A DNA stretch of 64,000 nucleotides, from assembly GCA_047635695.1 (NCBI GenBank), contig JBLILN010000007.1, forward strand, positions 23,733 to 87,732, in the 5' to 3' direction. Made by a program: the position numbers and the translations under genes. This stretch comes from Alphaproteobacteria bacterium. GTDB taxonomy: Bacteria; Pseudomonadota; Alphaproteobacteria; UBA2136. Positions 56,809 through 64,000 of this stretch are shown in pieces (the first letter of the stretch is position 1; each line of letters begins with the position of its first letter). Below the pieces are notes generated by a model. That model made no database searches. It was not told the DNA's origin and saw only the letters and a program-made list of their open reading frames with translations.

Positions 56809-58728
56809 TTACGCTGCTTTTCTGGTTGGGTCCCAAGCAAGACGACCTTCAATAATGTTAATTAACATCATTTGACCTGGCTCATCTTTGACATACGACT
56901 CGAATATAAGTCCATGGGTATTCATCCATGCACCTAAATAACCAGTATAGGTTAAGTCGTGATGGGTTGAAGTACCAACCGTAAACACACAACCTTTAAT
57001 ACCAGGTTTGTGTCTATGGCCAACCATACAAAGGATACCAATGTTATTACCCGAAGTGTCAGACCATCTTCCACCTGAAATACCACCATCACCGTGCATA
57101 CCAACGTTTACACCTTCAATTTCAAGTGTTTCACGTCGTTTTGTAAAGGTTATACGGCCATTTTCAGCTTCCGTAAAACGTTCACGCGCATACAATTCAA
57201 TAATATTTTTATTAGTGATTGCTGGGTCGGTTAATTTTAGCCATTGCTCCATTCCGAAACGCTTGTTGAATATGTTATATTTCGAACCTATTCCTAAAAA
57301 GCGCTCTTCAGAGAAGTAACGGTAAGGGTGCTCACTATGGTTTGCCGCAATGTCGAGATATTGTGCAGAAGTCATACGGAATATATCTTTGTAAATATCA
57401 ACAAAGTTATTAAATTCTCGTTTCACATCTAACATGCCACCTTGGAACTTGCGCTCCATTAGTATGCTATCTTTTTCATCGTGGTGCCCCATAGAATGGG
57501 CGTCCATGGTGTCACCAAGGCCAACCAACGGAATTTCAAGTTGATTAATAAGACCGTTTGCACCAAATGTTGCTTCAAAAACTGTCGGGTCAGTGCCCCA
57601 CTTTAAGCCACCCATGTCCATGGTTGGTTTACATGCTAAATGTAAATCGCCCATTAAACCATAAGCTACTTTTGCTTTTTCGACACCGTTAGGTGTAAAG
57701 CGTTTGGCAATAAGTTGACCTTTTTTATCGTAAAATACATCACTAAAACAACCATTACTGTCAACACGTATGGGACGAATATGAAAAACTTCATCATTTT
57801 CAATCTCAATAACGTAACCACCAAAAACATGGTCTCGTTGTGCAAGTTCACCCGTTTTGTCTTGTTGGCCTAATTTATTCGTCGAATAATTGGCGTAAGT
57901 ACAAGAACCGGTTGTGGCTATTAAGCGCGAGTCTCTGTCAATAGGCGTGCCTACATATTCAAGCTCTTGCTTTGGATGGGCGAAAACACGGCTTTTCTTG
58001 GCACTGCCTTTACCACGAATTTTACCGAGACCGGCAAGTGGGGCACCAATAGTGGGGCGCATACGCAAAGTGTCTAGCACGATATTTTTGTTTAATTCAA
58101 TGTTTGCATCGAGCACAATATGACCGTTGAAGATATCGTCCATAGAGCTTTCAATAAAACCATCTTCATTAATAGATAAACGGCCATAAGTGGTTGCCAT
58201 GGTTAAAATTGCTGTTTGTTTTTCACCACGGTATTTTGCGTAAGTGTGAAAAGACTTCCACATGTTGTCATTAGCATCAGCACCAATTTGACCTGAAGTA
58301 ACTAAGTAAATGCGTTTACCTTTTAGGTACTTTTCGGGCGCAAGTGTCATACCATGTTCATGCTGGTCTTTAAGTTGAATGACTTGTGTGTCACCACGAG
58401 GGCGTTCCATCAGTTCTATTAAGGGTTGAATGGTTGGTTTTTCTGGTTGTGCACCTTTACCAGAATCGTATCGCTTTTTAGCTTCTAAATAAGCCGTCCA
58501 TTTTTTTTCGTATTGTGCCATATGCGTTGCATAAAATGAGCGCATGCGGTTTTCTAATAATTTTAAACGGCGAGGCAAAAAGCTCGTTAGGTTAAAGTCG
58601 TTTTTAAGGATGGTTCTAAGTGAACGGCGTGAAGGAAAAATACGATCGTTCCAACGTTGTTCCACTTTTAAGTAGGCCACTAAATTCGCACGAATGCGAG
58701 GGCCTGATTTAATTTGACGTTTAGTCAT
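56809..58728 (-). CDS. large conserved-looking hypothetical protein (639 aa), His/Gly/Asp-rich C-terminal half; family not recognised
   Basis: Long uninterrupted ORF with codon usage like its neighbours; own terminator. Confidence 0.5.
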   Translation of the reverse strand: MTKRQIKSGPRIRANLVAYLKVEQRWNDRIFPSRRSLRTILKNDFNLTSFLPRRLKLLENRMRSFYATHMAQYEKKWTAYLEAKKRYDSGKGAQPEKPTIQPLIELMERPRGDTQVIQLKDQHEHGMTLAPEKYLKGKRIYLVTSGQIGADANDNMWKSFHTYAKYRGEKQTAILTMATTYGRLSINEDGFIESSMDDIFNGHIVLDANIELNKNIVLDTLRMRPTIGAPLAGLGKIRGKGSAKKSRVFAHPKQELEYVGTPIDRDSRLIATTGSCTYANYSTNKLGQQDKTGELAQRDHVFGGYVIEIENDEVFHIRPIRVDSNGCFSDVFYDKKGQLIAKRFTPNGVEKAKVAYGLMGDLHLACKPTMDMGGLKWGTDPTVFEATFGANGLINQLEIPLVGLGDTMDAHSMGHHDEKDSILMERKFQGGMLDVKREFNNFVDIYKDIFRMTSAQYLDIAANHSEHPYRYFSEERFLGIGSKYNIFNKRFGMEQWLKLTDPAITNKNIIELYARERFTEAENGRITFTKRRETLEIEGVNVGMHGDGGISGGRWSDTSGNNIGILCMVGHRHKPGIKGCVFTVGTSTHHDLTYTGYLGAWMNTHGLIFESYVKDEPGQMMLINIIEGRLAWDPTRKAA

Positions 58729-59000
58729 GGAGGTACCCTCCTAGTAAGATAGAGTAAGTTTAAGATCATTTTAAGTTCTAAAAGATAGGCACAAAAAAAT
58801 ATATGCCTGTGGGTTTGAAGTTATACCTAAGCAGAAGCGAAGGTGGTTTTATAGAAATTCTATATTGAAAAGTTTAGGTATTTGATGCCTATGCACCGCG
58901 TAACTGAGAAAAGGTTACCTCAATAGACATCTCAAGTACAGTTTTTATCATAAAAAAATAGATTATATGATAAGGCGTTTAAACAAAAGAGACGAATACA

Positions 59001-59468
59001 TTACTGAACACTGCTGTTAAGCATCCACAAGTGTTTTTCGTGGGCAATGATACGGTCCGTTAAAATACCTGCCGTTGCTTCATCTTCTGCTTCATTTGCA
59101 AAACCCAAGGCTGATTTAAGTGTTTGAATAACAATTGCATGCCCATACGCTAAATCTTTCAGCATGTTGTTGCTGTTGAGTGTTTTTATGTTTGCATGTA
59201 TCGTTGACATTTCAATCAAATTTTGACTGTTTGGTGCCATTTCACCAATACTGCGAATGCGTTCCGCAAGCATGTCGACGGCTTGCCACATATCAGTATA
59301 TTGCGTTTCAAATAACTGGTGTAAAATGAAAAAATGAGGTCCTTCAACATTCCAGTGATAAGTGTGCGTTTTCAAATAAAGCATAAAGGTGTCAGACAGG
59401 GCGTAATGTAGGCCTTTTGCAATTTCATGAATTTTCTCACTGCTGATTTTTGCGACATTTGTTGCCAT
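59001..59468 (-). CDS. dps: DNA starvation/stationary-phase protection protein Dps (ferritin-like)
   Basis: …HTYHWNVEGPHFFILHQLFETQYTDMWQAVDMLAERIR… Dps ferroxidase-site pattern. Confidence 0.85.
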   Translation of the reverse strand: MATNVAKISSEKIHEIAKGLHYALSDTFMLYLKTHTYHWNVEGPHFFILHQLFETQYTDMWQAVDMLAERIRSIGEMAPNSQNLIEMSTIHANIKTLNSNNMLKDLAYGHAIVIQTLKSALGFANEAEDEATAGILTDRIIAHEKHLWMLNSSVQ

Positions 59469-59650
59469 AGGGTACGATATCCTTTTACGTTTTGTTATTT
59501 GCTTTAAATAATCTTAGTAAAAGAAAGTGGGTGTGGTCAATATTTCACATATTTTAGTAAATGTGCTATTTTTTATACCTTTGAAGATAAAGAGGTTTTG
59601 TGTTTTTAGCTTAGGGTTTATGCCTTATAATACAACAGATGAAAAGAAGT

Positions 59651-61480
59651 TTAACTGCTCTTTTCCTGGTCAATGGTAGGGGCAGTAAGTTCTTTCGCTA
59701 GTTGCTCTGGCGATTGATTGATTTTTGTCCAATTAACAAGGTGGATATGCTGCTTTTTACAGCCTTTAAGCTCTTGTTCTCCAAGGTCTGTAAATATATG
59801 TTCGCCATTTTTAACAATACCATGTACAGACTCTGTAATGGCAATTTGCCCGCCAACAGCAAGTGACATAATTCTGGCGGTTAAGTTGACACTACCACCA
59901 AAAATATCACCGTCTATAGACACTATATCACCAGCGCCAATACCTATACGAGCCTTAAACTCACGGCTAGGCATAGCTTTGCAAAATAAGTCAAAGCCAC
60001 GTTGAATGGCAATCGCTGCTTCAACTGCTTTGCTGACGTTATTAAACATGGCTAAAATACCGTCACCAGTGTGTTTAATTTCTTGTCCACGAAATTGTGC
60101 TAACACCTTACGGACAATATCATTGTGTGCATGTAAAACATCGATCATCCACTTGTCGCCATGCACCCTTGTGGATTCAGTAAAACCTTCAATATCGGTA
60201 AAAATAATAGAGGCAAAAAATGAATTTGGCGAAGCTTCGCTTTGAAGTGCAATCCATTTTTTTAATGCGTCTTCATAGGTTAGAGGCGCGCTACTGTTTT
60301 CAATATATGTTTTAGCATCGGCAACGCCACGGTCAAATAAAATGGCATGCCTAGGTGTGTGAATATAATTACTTAATTGCTGGACAAAGCCTGTAGATAT
60401 TTCTGGGTTAACGTCAATTCTAGTGAGCAACATTGGCACCGACGACCCTACAAGGTTTTGTGGTAAGTTTAGATGTCGTATAGCATAGCTTGCACCACCG
60501 CAAAGGTATAAGGTGGCGGCAAGATCATGCGTTTCTTTTAAAGAATCAGTCTCTTTATCGTAAGAAACACTTTTAATAGTGCGGCACATTTCAGTCAGTA
60601 ACTCTCTTAAACTTGCTTCAGCAAGGGCTGTACTTTCTTCAGACTGATTTTTATTCTCTTGAGGCTGTGTCACCGAAAATTTTGAATTATCATTTAAAGT
60701 GTCTGCCTTCTGAATACTAGGGCTTGTAGATGCGGCGTCTTTAACTTTGGCGCCAGATGTTTGTGGGCTGAAAGAATTTGCGGAAGCTTTTTTGTTTTTA
60801 ATATTCATAGCTGCTATATCAGGCATCGCCGCTGAAATAGCATTCTTCATTTCGGGAATTTGTTCACTTGCTAGTTTTTCAAGGGTATCCTTACTTAAAC
60901 CAAGCGTCTTCCAAGCGATATCACTGTCCATATTTTCCTTTTGATTATGTAGGCGTGATGCTTGTTCTGTTACCTGATAAACGATATAAGACAGAAATAT
61001 TGACAAGATAAAGGTAGTTCCCATAACAATAGCTTGCATCGCTGAGTTTGCATCCGCTGAAAGGAGCGACGGCGAAAAGAAAGTTAATATAAACCCTATG
61101 AAGCCAGTTAAAGCACTATTCATAATAGCGCGTTGTTTGTCTTTTTCAGTGAAGAGAGGGTCTTCTGTTTTTTTAGGTTTCTCTTTTTGTTTTTTTAATT
61201 TTGGTATGCTTTTAATAATAGGAGTAGGTTTTGATTGTTTTTTGTGCCCTAGTTTTAAATCGCTGCGTACGTCCATGTAGGTCGGTTGTTTAATATTAGA
61301 GTCACGACTTTTGAAGTAGCTTACACGCATTTTACTGGACCATAAAACGCAAACGGAACTATAATTATTTGAAATGTCACGTGCTTGATAGATGGCGTCA
61401 TTTTCTTGATTGTCATCAAAAAATGAGTAAATTTCCCAGCGACCGTCCCTGTGGATACATACTTCGAAGCCTGCACTCAT
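59651..61480 (-). CDS. membrane-associated class III adenylate/guanylate cyclase
   Basis: C-terminal CYTH-unrelated cyclase homology domain (FTDIEGFTEST… KHTGDGILAMF… RIGIGAGDIV… FGGSVNLTARI); central TM segments. Start is set at the ATG (MSAGFEV), because the ORF-track TTG adds 3 residues. Confidence 0.8.
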   Translation of the reverse strand: MSAGFEVCIHRDGRWEIYSFFDDNQENDAIYQARDISNNYSSVCVLWSSKMRVSYFKSRDSNIKQPTYMDVRSDLKLGHKKQSKPTPIIKSIPKLKKQKEKPKKTEDPLFTEKDKQRAIMNSALTGFIGFILTFFSPSLLSADANSAMQAIVMGTTFILSIFLSYIVYQVTEQASRLHNQKENMDSDIAWKTLGLSKDTLEKLASEQIPEMKNAISAAMPDIAAMNIKNKKASANSFSPQTSGAKVKDAASTSPSIQKADTLNDNSKFSVTQPQENKNQSEESTALAEASLRELLTEMCRTIKSVSYDKETDSLKETHDLAATLYLCGGASYAIRHLNLPQNLVGSSVPMLLTRIDVNPEISTGFVQQLSNYIHTPRHAILFDRGVADAKTYIENSSAPLTYEDALKKWIALQSEASPNSFFASIIFTDIEGFTESTRVHGDKWMIDVLHAHNDIVRKVLAQFRGQEIKHTGDGILAMFNNVSKAVEAAIAIQRGFDLFCKAMPSREFKARIGIGAGDIVSIDGDIFGGSVNLTARIMSLAVGGQIAITESVHGIVKNGEHIFTDLGEQELKGCKKQHIHLVNWTKINQSPEQLAKELTAPTIDQEKSS

Positions 61481-61805
61481 GTTATTCAAACCTATTTATT
61501 ATAGTTAATGTGTAACCACGTGTGACCTCTTTAGAGGCGACATGGATTATATATACTTATATATGAAGCCACAAAAATTAAGTGACAACAACATATAATC
61601 ACCTTTTATATGGTTTTATATATGTTTATTTATGTAGGCATGTGACTTTAGGCCAATTTAGTTATGACGATAAGTTGTTTTTTTACAAATTTTGTATATT
61701 GTCAGTTGAAGTTGTTAAAACAATTGCTTTTGTAGTTATTTTGCTCAAAATGATTTCAGATATTTATAAAGCTTGCTAAAGTAAAAGAAAAAGAACTTTT
61801 AAAAT

Positions 61806-63011
61806 ATGAGTATAAAGAAAATTTCATCATTTAATTTTTGGCTTTTATACGCCTTACCATTTGCTTTTTTTTTCTGCCTAAGCTCTCTATGGGTGTTTAA
61901 TATTATTGAAAAAAGCCAAAGGATTGAACTGCAGGCAAAACTTGAAAGGGGTTTGACAACTTTTAAATACTATAGTCAGTCTATCGAATCGATTGCCGAT
62001 TTTTTACAAAACAACGAAAATCTCAAAGGTAAGTTTATCCACATTTCAAAAGCATTAGATTCTCTCGACTTGGTAATGAGTAAGCAAGAACGACAAGACT
62101 TAAGTGTTTATTACGAAAAGTTAAATATGCCTCATAAAGATAAGATTCAATTTTTAAAGGATCAGAAATATGACCCTATATCTAAAAAACTACACTACCT
62201 TTATATCGCAAAAAACCCTTATGCTTTAGGTAAAAAGGGTTTACTCGACCATGCACAGGATTACTCAAAATATAGCCAGCTTCATCAAGGTTTGCATCAG
62301 CAATTAAGTAGTGTTAGTCGCAAATTTAATTTTTTTGATATTTTATATGTACGTAAAAAAGACATGCGCGTTATTTACTCTACAGAAAAAAGCCATGATT
62401 TTGCACGGCCTTTAAACACAAATAGCTATGCTGCGTCTCCCCTTGCGCAGTCTGTTAAAAAAGTAATTGAAACCGAAAATAGAAACGCATCATCATTTCA
62501 TAAACTGTCAAACAACAAAGAATATCAAAACAATGCCAATACATTTATATCTTTGCCTGTAAAGCACGAAGGAGAGTTGATAGGTGTATTGGTACTGCAG
62601 CTTTCTATTGACAGTTATGTGCCTATATATAAGGAAATGACACTGGCAGACGGTGAGCACATGTGCTGGCTTGATTTTTCAGAAACAGTTTACGGCTGCG
62701 ACTTCAATAATGATCAACTTACATTCGAAGGGTTAGCTAAATTGACATCTGTACAGCAGGCGATCCTAAGTGTAAATGGCCTTATTAAAGAAAAAGGTTT
62801 TACAGGTAATAAAGTATTGAGCGCTTACCAAAATTATAATATTTGGGGCAATGATTATGTGCTTGTCGTGCAAAAAAGTTTTAAATCAATATGGCTGAAA
62901 TTTGCAGAATTTATGACCATTTCTTTTATTTCACTTTTAGCGACTATTTGTATCGGCATGCTTTTAAAGGCTATTATTCGCCTTCCAGAGCAGAAGTTTA
63001 ATAGCCTTTAG
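61806..63011 (+). CDS. two-TM protein with periplasmic Cache-like sensor domain and no output domain
   Basis: N- and C-terminal TM helices flanking a ~330-aa extracytoplasmic region with a Cache-like pattern (…GELIGVLVLQLSID…); ends 12 residues after TM2. Confidence 0.5.
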   Translation: MSIKKISSFNFWLLYALPFAFFFCLSSLWVFNIIEKSQRIELQAKLERGLTTFKYYSQSIESIADFLQNNENLKGKFIHISKALDSLDLVMSKQERQDLSVYYEKLNMPHKDKIQFLKDQKYDPISKKLHYLYIAKNPYALGKKGLLDHAQDYSKYSQLHQGLHQQLSSVSRKFNFFDILYVRKKDMRVIYSTEKSHDFARPLNTNSYAASPLAQSVKKVIETENRNASSFHKLSNNKEYQNNANTFISLPVKHEGELIGVLVLQLSIDSYVPIYKEMTLADGEHMCWLDFSETVYGCDFNNDQLTFEGLAKLTSVQQAILSVNGLIKEKGFTGNKVLSAYQNYNIWGNDYVLVVQKSFKSIWLKFAEFMTISFISLLATICIGMLLKAIIRLPEQKFNSL

Positions 63012-63088
63012 TACCTCTAGTGCGGCCATCTTTTGGTAACGAGAAAATGTATTTCAGTTGCCCTTGTAGAGATAGGAAATAAGCTTTA

Positions 63089-63988
63089 TTAGACGCTAAT
63101 GGTTGAGCGTATTTTCTTCATGATCGGTATGAATTTCTTTTCCCAATCGACTATTTTTAAGTCCATAGCGTAACGCTCCTCAACATCTTGTTTGTCGCTG
63201 AGGCTTGTCTTGTTTAGTTTGACCAAGTATTCCTTGTCGGCACTAAAGTTTTTCACCAAATACTTAATTGTTTTATTGTTCAGTGGCACACGATAATATT
63301 CTCGTAAATTACGGGCGAGGCGGTGCGCAACTTTGGTTCTAGTTTGCTGTAACTCTTCTATGGAAAGGAGTGCAAGGCCAACCTTGGTTCTGGTAGGGTC
63401 GTTGATATCAATATGACCAAAGCACGGCGCATGAGAATATTCAATAGCCAGCAATTCTTCGGGTTGGCTAAAGTTTAACATTTCATCCATGATCATCACA
63501 TATTCCATCGCCAGACGTTTGTAAGCCGTTGGCGTAAATTCAATACTGCTGAATTTTTCATATTTCTTACGTTGTTCTTTTAGGGTGTAATTATGTAAAA
63601 GTATCAGTTTTTTTGTGAGTAATAATTTTTGAGTATCGTCCAACGTAATATAGTCCTCACGAATAGACACGCTGTTATCATCGTCCTTATCACCTTCAAG
63701 CATAAAAGTGATAGATTTACCGTGTTTGCGCCATAACTTATCGTAGTCTTTGCGAATGTTGTTAAAAACGCGCGTAAAGCGTATGGCACGTTTGTGATGA
63801 TTTTCAACTTTTCTATAAAGTTTGAATGTTTCTCTGAGTGATTTGTGGTAGCGCCTTAAAGCAGGCATATCACCTTCTTTTATTGCTTTATTAATAAGTT
63901 CTTTAACTTCTTTGTATTGATCTTCAATTAAAGGGATAATTTCATCGACATTGAACCTTGTGGGAATAATAACATCACTTTGTGACAT
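63089..63988 (-). CDS. hypothetical protein (ATG at 63988; promoter region runs off the window)
   Basis: ORF only; no motif recognised. Confidence 0.4.
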   Translation of the reverse strand: MSQSDVIIPTRFNVDEIIPLIEDQYKEVKELINKAIKEGDMPALRRYHKSLRETFKLYRKVENHHKRAIRFTRVFNNIRKDYDKLWRKHGKSITFMLEGDKDDDNSVSIREDYITLDDTQKLLLTKKLILLHNYTLKEQRKKYEKFSSIEFTPTAYKRLAMEYVMIMDEMLNFSQPEELLAIEYSHAPCFGHIDINDPTRTKVGLALLSIEELQQTRTKVAHRLARNLREYYRVPLNNKTIKYLVKNFSADKEYLVKLNKTSLSDKQDVEERYAMDLKIVDWEKKFIPIMKKIRSTISV

Positions 63989-64000
63989 ATTATTCAAAAT

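Noticed and set aside
56809-58728. Calcineurin-like metallophosphoesterase assignment for the 639-aa protein
   Set aside because: GDLH, GDTMD, GHHDE and GHRH resemble phosphoesterase motifs I, II, III and VI, but the inter-motif spacing is wrong (8 aa between the putative motifs II and III) and Asn is replaced. I left it unassigned.
61489-63997. Identical MNNMS N-termini of two proteins as evidence of a shared signal peptide
   Set aside because: Caused by TTG being taken as the start; the true starts are the ATGs 9 nt downstream.
1-64000. CRISPR arrays, IS elements, integrase or prophage genes, rRNA
   Set aside because: I scanned the intergenic regions and ORF translations and found no regularly spaced repeats, DDE or tyrosine-recombinase motifs, or rRNA-like sequence.

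Overview
This 64-kb window is a roughly 40-45% GC chromosomal segment whose gene order looks alphaproteobacterial. The supporting synteny is tolQ-tolR-tolA-tolB; lptF-lptG-lptD-surA-ksgA divergent from pepA...holC; rpsF-rpsR-rplI next to fabD-fabG; and tRNA-Glu plus tRNA-Gly. Most of it is core housekeeping: class I aldolase, rluD, nadD, alaS, ggt, cspA, mscS, lysS, dnaB, an ALDH7-type dehydrogenase, the liuB-liuC-liuD-liuE leucine-catabolic cluster, an ABC-F ATPase and dps. Between these sit lineage-specific ORFans and signalling genes (GGDEF, class III cyclase, Cache-like sensor, ArsR, tandem UspA), concentrated around 1.6-2.7 kb and 52.8-64 kb. I found no CRISPR array, transposase, integrase or rRNA, and no convincing multi-gene defence-type system. 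The most unusual observations are these. (1) Two families of ~100-nt dispersed repeats sit just outside gene ends, twice at synteny break points. (2) The tRNA-Gly 3' end plus terminator is duplicated about 200 bp downstream, like an att-site footprint. (3) LysRS (class II) carries an extra ~160-aa C-terminal domain. (4) A ~99-aa BLUF-like protein is divergently paired with a membrane diguanylate cyclase that has both A- and I-sites. (5) A Cache-like periplasmic sensor with no output domain is divergent from a membrane adenylate cyclase. (6) A 639-aa protein has no recognisable family. (7) Several perfect palindromic candidate operators are present. Starts were re-evaluated from the ORF track and some are shortened to the most plausible initiation codon.
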